From: Escherichia coli
Lineage (GTDB): Bacteria; Pseudomonadota; Gammaproteobacteria; Enterobacterales; Enterobacteriaceae
Strand: one strand, 5' to 3'
NCBI RefSeq assembly: GCF_024223415.1
Contig: NZ_CP100500.1
Length of the DNA stretch: 64,000 nucleotides
Made by a program: the position numbers and the translations under genes. A model generated the notes under the pieces. That model was not told the origin of the DNA and searched no databases. It was given only the letters and a program-made list of their open reading frames with translations. Of the stretch, positions 33,979 to 45,812 are shown one piece after another. Every line of letters begins with the position of its first letter. Within the stretch, counting starts at the first letter, position 1.

Positions 33979-34784
33979 GCGTCAATACGGTGCTCCGTTG
34001 ACGCTTACCGTTTACCGGATAATGAGCGAAAATATCCTGTTGTTACATGACAAACCATCACGACCGCAGCGGGAACATAAAGGCCGAATATCGGTAAGGA
34101 AAGCGACCAGCGTTGATGTTCTGATGGCTTTGAGTTCGGTTGCGATGATGGCGAAAAAGTCCGGGTTACGTTCGCTCTGGACTGTTGCGATCGTGAAGCT
34201 ATCGACTGGGCATCCAATACGGGAGGTTACAATAAAGCGACAGTGCAGGATGTGATGTTAGGAGCGATAGAAAAACTCTTTGGCGATAAAGTACCGGAAC
34301 AGTCCATCCGGTGGTTGACAGATAACGGTTCAGCGTATAGAGCGCATGAAACACGGCAGTTCGCCAGAGAGTTGGATCTGGAGCCCTGCACAACGGCAAT
34401 CAGCAGCTCTCAGAGTAATGGAATGGCAGAAAGGTTAGTGAAAACGATGAAGGAAGACTACATTGCGTTCATACAGAAACCGAATGTAATAACGGCATTG
34501 CATAACCTTGCATAGGCGTTCGAGAATTACAATGAGAACCACCCGCATAGTGCGTTAGGTTATCTCTCACCACGGGAATATCGATGTCAGCGGATAACGT
34601 CACCTTAGATGTAGCAGTTGCCAAACAGTGACTCAAGGGCAGGCTTACCGCATACACTGACACTTAGCGGATCGACAGAATATTATTAACAGTTCATCAC
34701 TGAACGCTACATAATCAGAGTTGCATAAATAAAATGTTATGTTATAACATTTTAATACCGACATATGTTTTCGGATGTATATGA

Positions 34785-36755
34785 ATGTATATGAATGTAA
34801 TCAGAACTGTCATTTGTACATTAATTATAGTCCCGGTGGGACTACAGGCAGCGACCAGTCATTCTTCTATGGCTAAAGATACAATCACCATTGTCGCGAC
34901 AGGAAATCAGAACACGGTATTTGAAACGCCGTCGATGGTCAGTGTCGTCACGAATGACACACCGTGGAGTCAGAATGCGGTTACATCGGCCGGCATGCTG
35001 AAAGGTGTTGCCGGTCTCAGCCAGACTGGTGCAGGACGGACCAATGGGCAGACCTTTAATCTACGCGGCTATGACAAAAGCGGGGTACTTGTTCTTGTTG
35101 ACGGCGTCCGCCAACTTAGTGACATGGCAAAAAGCAGTGGCACTTATCTGGATCCGGCTCTTGTCAAACGTATCGAAGTTGTCCGCGGGCCAAACTCCAG
35201 TCTGTACGGCAGTGGCGGGCTGGGAGGTGTAGTGGACTTCAGAACTGCCGATGCAGCAGATTTCCTTCCCCCCGGAGAGACAAACGGTTTAAGTCTGTGG
35301 GGAAATATTGCCAGTGGTGACCACAGCACAGGCTCGGGGCTCACCTGGTTCGGTAAAACCGGAAAAACAGATGCGCTCCTTTCTGTCATTATGCGTAAAA
35401 GAGGTAATATCTATCAAAGTGATGGTGAGCGCGCACCTAACAAGGAAAAACCTGCAGCCCTGTTTGCGAAAGGCTCTGTCGGTATAACAGACAGTAACAA
35501 AGCAGGTGCCAGCTTGCGTCTCTACCGGAATAACACCACTGAACCGGGCAATCCCACTCAGACACATGGTGACAGCGGCCTGCGTGACAGAAAAACAGTA
35601 CAAAATGACGTACAGTTCTGGTACCAGTACGCTCCTGTGGATAACAGCCTCATCAATGTACAGTCAACGTTATATCTCAGTGATATCACTATCAAGACAA
35701 ACGGTCACAACAAAACGGCAGAATGGAGAAACAACAGAACCTCCGGTGTTAATGTTGTCAACAGGAGTCATACTCTGATTTTTCCGGGAGCCCATCAGTT
35801 AAGTTATGGCGCTGAATATTACCGTCAGCAGCAGAAGCCAGAAGGCTCTGCCACACTATATCCGGAAGGAAATATTGACTTTACATCGTTGTATTTCCAG
35901 GATGAAATGACAATGAAAAGCTACCCTGTTAACATTATCGTCGGTTCCCGCTATGACCGGTACAAGAGCTTCAATCCCCGTGCCGGAGAACTGAAAGCCG
36001 AACGCCTGTCCCCAAGGGCGGCGATTTCAGTCTCACCGACAGACTGGCTGATGATGTACGGCTCCATATCCTCTGCATTCCGAGCGCCCACAATGGCAGA
36101 AATGTACAGGGATGATGTACATTTTTACCGCAAGGGTAAACCCAATTACTGGGTTCCTAACCTTAATCTGAAACCAGAAAATAACATCACCCGTGAGATT
36201 GGCGCAGGTATTCAACTGGATGGCCTGCTTACAGACAATGACCGGCTGCAGTTAAAAGGCGGATATTTCGGAACGGATGCCAGAAACTATATTGCCACAC
36301 GCGTGGATATGAAACGGATGCGTTCTTATTCTTATAATGTATCCCGGGCCCGTATCTGGGGATGGGATATGCAGGGAAATTACCAGTCTGATTATGTTGA
36401 CTGGGTGCTTTCTTATAACCGGACGGAAAGTATGGATGCCAGCAGCAGGGAATGGCTGGGCTCCGGCAATCCTGACACACTTATCAGTGACATCAGCATA
36501 CCTGTTGGTCATAGAGGCGTTTATGCCGGATGGCGTGCTGAACTTTCAGCATCAGCCACGCATGTGAAAAAAGGCGACTCCTATCAGGCTGGCTATGCCA
36601 TACATTCCTTTTCACTGTCTTATAAGCCTGTAAGTGTTAAAGGCTTTGAGGCGTCAGTAACTCTGGATAATGCCTTCAACAAGCTTGCCATGAATGGCAA
36701 AGGTGTGCCGCTTTCAGGCCGAACTGTCAGTCTTTATACCCGTTATCAGTGGTAA
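34785..36755 (+). CDS. TonB-dependent outer-membrane haem/haemoglobin receptor (ChuA/ShuA family)
   Basis: 656 aa; GRTNGQTFNLRGYDKSGVLVLVDGVRQ plug motif, FRAPTMAEMY box, C-terminal TRYQW. Confidence 0.85.
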   Translation: MYMNVIRTVICTLIIVPVGLQAATSHSSMAKDTITIVATGNQNTVFETPSMVSVVTNDTPWSQNAVTSAGMLKGVAGLSQTGAGRTNGQTFNLRGYDKSGVLVLVDGVRQLSDMAKSSGTYLDPALVKRIEVVRGPNSSLYGSGGLGGVVDFRTADAADFLPPGETNGLSLWGNIASGDHSTGSGLTWFGKTGKTDALLSVIMRKRGNIYQSDGERAPNKEKPAALFAKGSVGITDSNKAGASLRLYRNNTTEPGNPTQTHGDSGLRDRKTVQNDVQFWYQYAPVDNSLINVQSTLYLSDITIKTNGHNKTAEWRNNRTSGVNVVNRSHTLIFPGAHQLSYGAEYYRQQQKPEGSATLYPEGNIDFTSLYFQDEMTMKSYPVNIIVGSRYDRYKSFNPRAGELKAERLSPRAAISVSPTDWLMMYGSISSAFRAPTMAEMYRDDVHFYRKGKPNYWVPNLNLKPENNITREIGAGIQLDGLLTDNDRLQLKGGYFGTDARNYIATRVDMKRMRSYSYNVSRARIWGWDMQGNYQSDYVDWVLSYNRTESMDASSREWLGSGNPDTLISDISIPVGHRGVYAGWRAELSASATHVKKGDSYQAGYAIHSFSLSYKPVSVKGFEASVTLDNAFNKLAMNGKGVPLSGRTVSLYTRYQW

Positions 36756-36773
36756 CCTCTCAGGAAATAAATC

Positions 36774-37565
36774 ATGATGAAAAATACAGGCTATATCTTA
36801 GCTCTTTGTCTGACAGCATCGGGGCATGTCCTGGCCCATGATGTCTGGATTACCGGCAAACAGGCAGAGAACAACGTTATCGCAGAGATTGGTTATGGTC
36901 ATAATTTCCCCTCAAAGGGCACGATTCCTGACAGAAGGGATTTCTTTGAAACTCCCCGGCTTTATAACGGGAAAGAGACAATAACGCTGAAGCCAACATC
37001 CACGGATTATGTCTATAAAATTGAGACTGCAGGCAACGGTAATAGCTACGTTCTGTCAACGAAAATGAAACCGGGATACTGGTCGAGAACCTCGTCAGGA
37101 TGGAAGCCTGTCAGCCGGGAGGGCAGAAATGATGTGGCATACTGTGAGTTTGTGACTAAATATGCAAAATCTTTTATTCCTGGTGAACAGCAGATGCCAG
37201 CACAACTCTATCAGTATCCAATAGGGGATGAGCTTGAAATCATTCCGTTATCCGATATCAGTCGTTTCGGTGAAGATGTGAAGCTGAAAGTTCTGTATAA
37301 AACTTCCCCGCTTGCCGGAGCCACTCTGGAGCTTGACTCTGTCAGTTATCTGAAATCATCCCGCCATACTCATGCGGCAGAGCATAAACATTCGGCTCAT
37401 AAAGCAGAACTTACCTTTGTAAGTAATGAGGACGGTATCATCACTGTACCCTCCCTTCATGTCGGGCAATGGCTAGCTAAAGTCAAAAATAAGAAAGTAT
37501 TTCAGGACAAAAACCTGTGTGATGAAACTGTCGATGTGGCAACCTTAAGCTTCTCCCGAAATTAA
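36774..37565 (+). CDS. DUF4198-like periplasmic protein
   Basis: 263 aa with signal peptide, 18 bp after the receptor stop; family from memory. Confidence 0.6.
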   Translation: MMKNTGYILALCLTASGHVLAHDVWITGKQAENNVIAEIGYGHNFPSKGTIPDRRDFFETPRLYNGKETITLKPTSTDYVYKIETAGNGNSYVLSTKMKPGYWSRTSSGWKPVSREGRNDVAYCEFVTKYAKSFIPGEQQMPAQLYQYPIGDELEIIPLSDISRFGEDVKLKVLYKTSPLAGATLELDSVSYLKSSRHTHAAEHKHSAHKAELTFVSNEDGIITVPSLHVGQWLAKVKNKKVFQDKNLCDETVDVATLSFSRN

Positions 37566-37811
37566 TAATACTATTCCTGCCCTGTAATTTACGGGCAGGG
37601 TATATCAACCGGAAATAGCCTACTGACATCCATGTATAAAGCCACATAATTATTTTGTTGATGTATCTTACCTAATACGTAAGCGTAAAGCCAATGCCGT
37701 CTGTAACTCCTGATCCTTGCAGACTAAATGTAAGCGCCCTATCAGCGACGTCTTGTGAAAATTGTCCTGTCTGGCAACAATTGCGCCCATCTATATTGAT
37801 GGACACGAACG

Positions 37812-38486
37812 ATGAATTCCCAGACAACAAAAGATATTCTCTGCTTCCGTTCTTATTTGCCTGATGCCCTACGTTTAAGATTTGAAGATAAACTGACTAT
37901 CCGAGCCATCGCTCAGCGTCTAGGTCTCAGTCATTCCACAATACATACGCTTTTTCAGCGATTTCTTGCATCCGGTATCGCATGGCCATTGCCCGATTCA
38001 GTTTCATTCGCTCAACTTGACGCCATCCTTTATGCCAACAGAAAGAAGGAATTAACAGAGCCTCAAATCAGAGAAGGCTCATGGCGAAAAGAACGGCGAA
38101 CCAGCTATAGCCGTGAATTTAAGGTCCGTCTGGCTAAGCAGGCATTACAGCCTGGTGCTGTTGTTGCCCGGATCGCCAGAGAACACGATATCAATGATAA
38201 GCTGCTGTTTAAATGGAAAAGCCAGTACGAGGACGGCTTACTGAGCGATGATGACATACAGGAATGCATGCCTGTCCCGGTGGCACTGACTGATAAGCCA
38301 GAGCCGACCAGACCAGTTACAAATCCCTTCTGGCGTAACAAGCCTGATGAGCGCCCTGAGGGGGATCCCGGAAACGTCCCACGGTGCGAGCTGCATCTTA
38401 AATCAGGTGTGGTAAAACTGTTTGACCCTCTCACTCCGGAACTGTTACGGGCGCTAATCCGCGAAATGAAAGGGGGTACCCGATGA
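37812..38486 (+). CDS. IS66-family orf1 with about 90-aa N-terminal HTH extension
   Basis: 224 aa; IAREHDINDKLLFKWKSQY core. Confidence 0.75.
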   Translation: MNSQTTKDILCFRSYLPDALRLRFEDKLTIRAIAQRLGLSHSTIHTLFQRFLASGIAWPLPDSVSFAQLDAILYANRKKELTEPQIREGSWRKERRTSYSREFKVRLAKQALQPGAVVARIAREHDINDKLLFKWKSQYEDGLLSDDDIQECMPVPVALTDKPEPTRPVTNPFWRNKPDERPEGDPGNVPRCELHLKSGVVKLFDPLTPELLRALIREMKGGTR

Positions 38487-38830
38487 TAACGCTGCCGACC
38501 GGTACCAAAATCTGGATCATCGCTGGCATCACAGATATGCGTTGTGGCTTCAATGGCCTGGCTTCGAAGGTGCAGAACACGCTGAAAGATGACCCGTTCT
38601 CCGGGCATATCTTCGTCTTCCGGGGCCGCAGTGGCAAAATGGTGAAAATACTGTGGGCCGATCGTGATGGGTTATGCCTGTTCGCCAAACGCCTGGAACG
38701 GGGCCGCTTCATCTGGCCGGTGACCCGGGAAGGGAAAGTGCACCTGACGCCAGCTCAGTTATCCATGCTACTGGAGGGGATCGCGTGGCAACATCCCAAA
38801 CGGACAGAACGGCCTGGCATCCGGATATAA
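38483..38830 (+). CDS. IS66-family TnpB (orf2)
   Basis: 115 aa; KIWIIAGITDMRCGFNGL. Confidence 0.85.
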   Translation: MITLPTGTKIWIIAGITDMRCGFNGLASKVQNTLKDDPFSGHIFVFRGRSGKMVKILWADRDGLCLFAKRLERGRFIWPVTREGKVHLTPAQLSMLLEGIAWQHPKRTERPGIRI

Positions 38831-38849
38831 CCCGTGATAAAACAAGGGA

Positions 38850-40454
38850 ATGAACAATGAACTCCCCGACGATATTGAGCTGCTTAAAGCCATGTTGCGT
38901 AAGCAACAGAGTCGGCTTCGCCAGTATACCTGTCAGGTCGCGGGCTATGAGCAGGAAATTGAACGGCTGAAAGCGCAACTCGACAGGTTGCGTCGTATGT
39001 TGTTCGGCCAGAGTTCAGAGAAAAAGCGTCATAAGCTTGAAAATCAGATCCGACAGGCAGAAAAACGACTGTCGGAACTGGAAAACCGGCTGAACACAGC
39101 CAGAAATCTTCTGGAAGATGCATCGTCAGTCACAGATTCACCTGACACCAGTCCCCCGTCAGAAAACCCGATCGCCAGTAAGCCTGAATCCCTGGGACGA
39201 AAATCTTCACGAAAACCGCTGCCGGCAGAACTTCCCCGGGAGACACATCGCCTTCTGCCTGCTGAAACCAGTTGCCCGGCCTGTGGAGGTGTTCTGAAAG
39301 AAATGGGGGAAACAATCTCAGAGCAACTGGATATCATTAATACCGCCTTTAAAGTTATTGAAACCATACGTCCCAAACGGGCCTGTAGCCGGTGCGACCA
39401 TATTGTGCAGGCGCCGGTTCCTTCAAAACCCATTGCACGCAGTTATGCCGGAGCGGGGCTTCTGGCTCATATCGTCACCGGGAAGTATGCAGACTATCTG
39501 CCGTTATACCGCCAGTCAGAAATATACCGTCGTCAGGGCGTGGAACTGAGCCGCGCCACGCTGGGGCGCTGGACCGGTGCCGTTGCTGAACTGCCGGAGC
39601 CGCTGTATGACGTGCTGCGCCAGTATGTGCTGATGCCCGGTAAAGTCCATGCGGATGATATCCCCGTTCCGGTCCAGGAGCCGGGCAGCGGTAAAACCCG
39701 GACAGCCCGGCTGTGGGTCTACGTCCGTGATGACCGCAATGCCGGTTCGGAAATGCCCCTGGCGGTCTGGTTCGCGTACAGTCCGGACCGGAAAGGCATA
39801 CATCCCTAGACTCATCTGGCCGGTTACAGCGGAGTGCTTCAGGCCGATGCTTACGGTGGCTACCGGGCGTTATACGAATCCGGCAGAATAACGGAAGCCG
39901 CGTGTATGGCTCATGCCCGGAGAAAAATCCACGATGTGCATGCAAGAGTGCCAACCGACATCACCACGGAAGCCCTGCGGCGTATCGGTGAACTGTATGT
40001 CATCGAGGCAGAAGTCCGGGGATGTTCAGCAGAACAGCGTCTGGCGGTAAGAAAAGCCAGAGCTGCGCCACTGATGCAGTCACTGTATGACTGGATACAG
40101 ACTCAGATGAAAACACTGTCGCGTCACTCGGATACGGCAAAAGCGTTCGCATACCTGCTGAAACAGTGGGATGGCCTGAACGTGTACTGCAGTAATGGCT
40201 GGGTGGAAATCGACAACAACATCGCAGAGAACGCCTTACGGGGAGTGGCCGTAGGCCGGAAAAACTGGCTCTTCGCGGGTTCCGACAGCGGTGGCGAACA
40301 TGCGGCGGTGTTGTACTCGCTGATCGGCACATGCCGTCTGAACAATGTGGAACCAGAAAAATGGCTGCGTTACGTCATTGAGCATATCCAGGACTGGCCG
40401 GCAAACCGGGTACGCGATCTGTTGCCCTGGAAAGTGGATCTGACCTCTCAGTAA
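38850..40454 (+). pseudogene. IS66-family transposase TnpC interrupted by an in-frame TAG at 39807-39809
   Basis: Two ORFs (38850-39809, 39834-40454) in the same frame; the intact copy has Glu at this position. Confidence 0.75.
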
Positions 40455-40491
40455 ATATCAATACGGTTCTGGCGAGCCGCTTACGAACAAT

Positions 40492-42205
40492 GTGAATTAT
40501 GTTAATTATGTTTTCAGGCAGATGCTTCTCTGTCTGTTATTGTTCTGGCTGCCTGTATCCTGGGCTACCGAAAGTGGCTGGTTGCGTTCTCCTGAGAATG
40601 AGCATGCCAGTATACGGATACGTGCTGATTCCGTGGTCTCCGGGGAAACACGTGTTTTGCTGGACGTTAAACTGGATAACGGCTGGAAAACTTACTGGCG
40701 CTCACCCGGATAAGGGGGGATTGCACCGTCAGTCGACTGGAAAAGTGAAACACCGGAAGTGGAGTGGTACTGGCCTGGCCTTCACGTTTTGACGTGGCCG
40801 GCATTACCACTACGGGATATCACAACACAGTCACGTTTCCCGTGGTGTTACGTGGTATATCACCTGAGAGGATCACTGGCGTACTGACCCTGCCTGTCTG
40901 CAGCAATGTCTGTCTGCTGACCGATTACCCTTTCACTGTGAATGTTTCCACACAGGATACAACATTTGCACATGATTACGCACAGGCCATGGGGAAAATT
41001 CCGCTTTCCCATGGGGTAGCGGATTCCTTAAACGCGGTTTACCGACCTGGTGGACTGCTCATTACCGCAATACGGGCAGACGGCTGGTCATCTCCGGATA
41101 TTTATCTGGATTCTGTTGATTATGCAAGCTTCGGTAAGCCGCAGATGCAGATTGACGGCAAGAATCTGCTCGCATCTGTGCCGGTCACGGACAACTGGGG
41201 AGAGGGGGCGCCGGACCTGACTGGCCAACAAGTCACACTGGTTATTGAAAGCGGCGGCCTCGCTCAGGAAAGTACGCTTACGGTTGCGGCAGGTGCAACC
41301 AAAATAGCAGAGAATGTCTTACCTCTTTGGCAGGTCACTCTGATGGCATTAGCTGGTGGACTCATTCTTAACCTGATGCCCTGTGTATTACCGGTTCTGG
41401 GGATGAAGCTGGGCTCAGTTTTACTGGTGGAAGAGAAAAACCGTCAGCAGATTCGATGTCAGTTTCTGATGTCTGTAGCCGGGATCCTTACTTCCTTTAT
41501 GGCTCTGGCTACGTTAATGACCCTTCTGCGGCTGACAAACCGGGCTCTGGGGTGGGGGATCCAGTATCAGAGTCCCTGGTTTATTGTTCTGATGACGCTG
41601 GTTATGCTGATTTTTAGTGCCAGTCTGTTTGGCCTGTTTGAGTTCCGCCTGCCTTCCGGCCTCATGACTCGTCTGGCGACATTTGGTGGTAATGGAATGT
41701 CCGGACATTTCTGGCAGGGCGCTTTTGCGACTCTTCTGGCGACACCGTGTAGCGCCCCCTTCCTCGGTACGGCAGTGGCAGTGGCGCTGACGGCATCACT
41801 ACCCACTCTGTGGGGGATTTTCTTTGCACTGGGCGTGGGAATGAGTCTTCCGTGGCTGTTGGTGGCGTTGCGACCCGGGCTTGCGTTGTGTTTGCCCCAT
41901 CCGGGAGGATGGATGAATATTTTGCGTCGGGTGCTTGGCCTGATGATGCTGGGTTCTGCCTTCTGGCTGACAACACTGTTACTGCCACACTTGGGAGTAT
42001 CCTCACACAGTACAACGAAAGAACAGGTTGTCTGGCAGCCTCTCAGTGAACAGGCGATTAAGGAGGCGCTGGCTCAGCATAAGCGGGTATTTATCGATGT
42101 GACTGCAGACTGGTGTGTTACCTGTAAATTCAATAAATACAATGTGCTGCAAAAAGACAATGTGCAGAAGTCGCTGCAGGAGGCGGATGTTGTTGCACTG
42201 CGTGG
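40492..42205 (+). pseudogene. scsB: ScsB-like (DsbD-family) thiol:disulfide interchange gene, decayed
   Basis: In-frame TAA at 40714-40716, 5-bp tandem duplication TGGCC near 40769-40779, 3' end truncated by IS629-like element at 42206. Confidence 0.7.
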
Positions 42206-42259
42206 TGAACCGCCCCGGGAATCCTGGAGACTAAACTCCCTGAGAAAGAGGTAAACAGA

Positions 42260-42586
42260 ATGACTAAAAATACTCGTTTTTCCCCCGAAGTCCGTCAGAG
42301 GGCGATTCGTATGGTTCTGGAAAGTCAGGGCGAATATGACTCACAGTGGGCGGCAATTTGTTCCATTGCCCCAAAGATTGGCTGTACACCGGAGACTCTG
42401 CGTGTCTGGGTACGCCAGCATGAGCGGGATACCGGAGGCGGTGATGGCGGGCTCACCACCGCTGAACGTCAGCGTCTGAAAGAGCTGGAACGTGAAAATC
42501 GTGAACTGCGCCGCAGTAACGATATCCTTCGCCAGGCTTCCGCTTATTTTGCGAAGGCGGAGTTCGACCGCCTCTGGAAAAAGTGA
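42260..42586 (+). CDS. IS629-like transposase OrfA
   Basis: [30 protein letters not shown]...; 108 aa. Confidence 0.85.
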   Translation: MTKNTRFSPEVRQRAIRMVLESQGEYDSQWAAICSIAPKIGCTPETLRVWVRQHERDTGGGDGGLTTAERQRLKELERENRELRRSNDILRQASAYFAKAEFDRLWKK

Positions 42587-43473
42587 TGCCACTGCTGGAT
42601 AAGCTGCGTAAGCTGTACGGGGTCGGACCGGTATGCAGTGAACTACATATTGCCCCGTCAACGTATTACCACTGTCAGCAACAGCAGCATCATCCTGATA
42701 AACGCAGCGCCCGTGCGCAGCGTGATGACTGGCTGAAGAAAGAGATACAGCGCGTATACGATGAAAATCACCAGGTGTACGGTGTGCGTAAAGTCTGGCG
42801 TCAGTTGTTACGGGAAGGTATCAGAGTGGCCAGATGCACTGTGACACGTCTTATGGCGGTTATGGGTTTTGCCGATGTTCTCCGGGGTAAAAAGGTCCGC
42901 ACTACCGTCAGCCGGAAAGCCGTTGCCGCAGGCGACCGCGTAAACCGTCAGTTTGTGGCAGAACGTCCTGACCAGTTGTGGGTGGCTGATTTTACTTACG
43001 TCAGCACATGGCAGGGGGTCGTCTATGTGGCGTTCATCATTGATGTGTTTGCCGGATACATCGTGGGGTGGCGGGTCTCATCGTCTATGGAAACGACATT
43101 CGTGCTGGATGCTCTGGAGCAGGCGTTATGGGCCCGTCGACCGTCCGGCACAGTCCATCACAGTGATAAAGGTTCTCAGTATGTATCGCTGGCCTACACA
43201 CAGCGGCTTAAGGAAGCCGGATTACTGGCATCAACAGGAAGTACTGGTGACTCGTATGACAACGCGATGGCGGAGAGCATCAATGGCCTTTACAAAGCGG
43301 AGGTAATACACCGTAAGAGCTGGAAAAACCGGACAGAAGTGGAGCTGGCCACACTCACGTGGGTGGACTGGTATAACAATCGACGATTGCTGGAAAGGCT
43401 GGGCCATATCCCACCGGCAGAAGCAGAAAAAGCTTATTATGCTTCCATCGGAAACGATGATCTGGCAGCCTGA
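42583..43473 (+). CDS. IS629-like transposase OrfB
   Basis: 296 aa with HSDKGSQY and DNAMAES motifs. Confidence 0.85.
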   Translation: MMPLLDKLRKLYGVGPVCSELHIAPSTYYHCQQQQHHPDKRSARAQRDDWLKKEIQRVYDENHQVYGVRKVWRQLLREGIRVARCTVTRLMAVMGFADVLRGKKVRTTVSRKAVAAGDRVNRQFVAERPDQLWVADFTYVSTWQGVVYVAFIIDVFAGYIVGWRVSSSMETTFVLDALEQALWARRPSGTVHHSDKGSQYVSLAYTQRLKEAGLLASTGSTGDSYDNAMAESINGLYKAEVIHRKSWKNRTEVELATLTWVDWYNNRRLLERLGHIPPAEAEKAYYASIGNDDLAA

Positions 43474-43515
43474 GTTCACAGATAAAACACTCTCCAGGAA
43501 ACCCGGGGCGGTTCA

Positions 43516-43790
43516 CTCCGGAGGTGGCGGCTTTATCTGCCAGGGGAGAGAATGTGATGACGATTGCATACCGTTCCGGCTCATCTGATGAGGTGAGCCG
43601 GAAGCTGGCTCTCAGGAGGAACAGGTTCCCGGTGATCAATGATGCTGATGGCACAATATCCCGTTTATGGAGAATTAGAGTAACCCCGACGTTCGTAGTG
43701 ATATCGAAGGGGCGGGTAATCTCCACAACCAGCGGCTGGACCAGTTCCTGGGGGATGAAGCTACGACTGCGGTGGGCCACAATAGTCTGA
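43516..43790 (+). pseudogene. Thioredoxin-like ScsD 3' fragment
   Basis: ...GENVMTIAYRSG...FPVINDADG...VTPTFVVISKGRVISTTSGWTSSWGMKLRL directly after the IS629-like right end. Confidence 0.45.
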
Positions 43791-44119
43791 GCAGAAGACA
43801 GCCTTCTGAGAAGGAAACCTTTCAGAAGACGCCCTTACCAAAGTTGGTGATGGAAAGACTGTTGGCAGAGAGACAGATGGACATATCCGGTCGCGCTTAT
43901 GAGACAAGTCTGTGGTCACAGAGCCTGTTTATCACTCAGTGTAAATGTCTTTTCTCAGTCGGGGGCCGTCCAGACGATAACTGGGTCCGATAATAAAGCT
44001 ACATCGCCCATTTTTGTGATGCTGCCTGGATTACCGGCTGTACGGCCTTGTACTGAGAAACAGAAAAAGACTTCAGTCACCCGGCGAAAACGGTCCCTGT
44101 CCCCCCGTTACCTTATTCG

Positions 44120-44239
<120 letters not shown>

Positions 44240-44301
44240 TACCCATCTGAAACCCGAACAGTTGTCCATACGCTATAACGCATTTGCAAGGATGGGTAAT
44301 C

Positions 44302-44585
44302 ATGAGTCAGCCAAATCAGCTTTGTGTGGGTATTGATGTTTCTAAAACAACTCTTGACATTGCTACTGCTAACAACGAGTTTGCTCAGTTTACTTCTTGT
44401 AACGACACCGATGGTTTTTAGCTCATCATTGCTGAATTGAGAAATCATTCGGTGGCGCTGGTTTTGATGGAGGCTACTGGTGGGTTTGAAGCTGCTGTAG
44501 CCTGTTCACTTTAGGCTGAAGGTTTTGATATAGCTGTTATCAATCCCAGACAGGCCAGGAATTTCTCTCGTGCTAAAATCAGTTA
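44302..44585 (+). pseudogene. IS110-family transposase N-terminal fragment with in-frame stops
   Basis: MSQPNQLCVGIDVSKTTLDIA...MEATGGFE...DIAVINPRQARNF interrupted by TAG codons. Confidence 0.55.
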
Positions 44586-44787
44586 TTTCCCGAGGTTGGA
44601 TAGCCCTGTCCGATCAACATTTCCCAACATAGCTCACAAAACAGACACTTTATTTATTGACTTTGTTTTAATATGTGATAAATACGGAGAAGTGGTCTAA
44701 CAGGTTTAATGATTGGTCGGACAAGATGATAATAAATGGCATTTTATATCAACCAATTTTCATGTTTATACATAGAGGAGGGATTAT

Positions 44788-45777
44788 ATGAAAATTAGGT
44801 TATTTATCCATTCGTTATTTTATTCATCAGTTCTGGTGACTTTGCTTATCAATAGCGTAAATGCCGCAGAAAAAGTGACATTAAAATTGGCACACAACCT
44901 TGAACGCAGTCATGTTGTACACCAGACTTTTGAACATCTGGCAAACGAGGTAAAACAACTTTCTAATGGCAATATTGTCATTCGTATATACCCCAGTAGC
45001 CAGATGGGTAATGCGCGAGAAACTATGGAGTTGTTACAAAATGGCGCACTGGATATGACCAAAGGTTCCGCCAGTGATCTGGAGTCTTTTGATAATATTT
45101 ATGCTATCTATAATTTGCCGTTCTTATTTAAAGATCAGGCGCACTTCAACAAAGTGGTTTTTGGTGAAGTTGGTAAAGAAATTATGGACTCAACAAAAGA
45201 CAAAGGCTTTTTTGCTTTATCAGCTTATGTAGCGGGTACTCGCAGTTTCTATGCGAAAAAACCGATTACTAAGCCAGAAGATCTTAAAGGGCTGAAAATT
45301 CGTGTTCAGCCAAGCCCGACCACCATCAAAATGATTGAACTGATGGGGGGCTCACCCACTCCAATTTCATTTGGCGAAGTTTATACTGCGATGCAGCAAG
45401 GTGTAGTAGATGGCGCAGAAAATAACGTGCCTTCCTGGGTGCAGACTCGACATATCGAAATTGCCAAAGTCTTTTCTGAAGATGAACATGCCTCAATTCC
45501 TGACTTTTTGGTTATCTCCACCAAAACATGGAATAAATTAACCCCAGAACAGCAACAAATCCTCGAAACAGCGGCGAAGAAATCCGAAGCTTATCAACAA
45601 AAATTGTGGGAAAAAATTGACGCTGACACACGTGCTCAGGCGAAAGCTATGGGTGGTGAAATCGTTAAGGTTGATAAAGCCCCATTCCGTGCCGCAGTTC
45701 AACCTCTGTTTGACGACTTCAAAAAAGATCCAAAACAAGCTGCTTTGTTAGAGAAATTCGACAACGCTGCTCAATAA
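44788..45777 (+). CDS. TRAP transporter substrate-binding subunit (DctP family)
   Basis: 329 aa with signal peptide; LKGLKIRVQPS and DGAENN motifs. Confidence 0.85.
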   Translation: MKIRLFIHSLFYSSVLVTLLINSVNAAEKVTLKLAHNLERSHVVHQTFEHLANEVKQLSNGNIVIRIYPSSQMGNARETMELLQNGALDMTKGSASDLESFDNIYAIYNLPFLFKDQAHFNKVVFGEVGKEIMDSTKDKGFFALSAYVAGTRSFYAKKPITKPEDLKGLKIRVQPSPTTIKMIELMGGSPTPISFGEVYTAMQQGVVDGAENNVPSWVQTRHIEIAKVFSEDEHASIPDFLVISTKTWNKLTPEQQQILETAAKKSEAYQQKLWEKIDADTRAQAKAMGGEIVKVDKAPFRAAVQPLFDDFKKDPKQAALLEKFDNAAQ

Positions 45778-45812
45778 TATTTCGGGCCAGTCTCTGGCCC
45801 TGATTTTCCAGG

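Larger units (their letters stand above)
31477..34008 (+). mobile_element. IS66-family insertion sequence, complete, with 8-bp target-site duplication
   Basis: Terminal repeats starting GTAAGCG at both ends; three ORFs; CGTTTACC present at 31469-31476 and 34009-34016. Confidence 0.85.
30934..34650 (+). mobile_element. IS3-family (IS2-like) element, decayed and split by an IS66-family insertion
   Basis: Left end TGGACCAGCCCCTTGAAACGCCAGA resembles the IS2 terminus; frameshifted orfA (30965-31356) and orfB C-terminal part (34017-34515) flank the insertion; right end approximate. Confidence 0.5.
37679..40484 (+). mobile_element. IS66-family insertion sequence, second divergent copy, no matching target duplication
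   Basis: GTAAGCGTAAAG left end, GCTTAC right end; three ORFs; flanks CCTAATAC and GAACAATG differ. Confidence 0.8.
42206..43515 (+). mobile_element. IS3-family insertion sequence, IS629/IS1203-like (1310 bp)
   Basis: Inverted ends TGAACCGCCCCGGG; orfA and orfB with -1 overlap. Confidence 0.85.
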
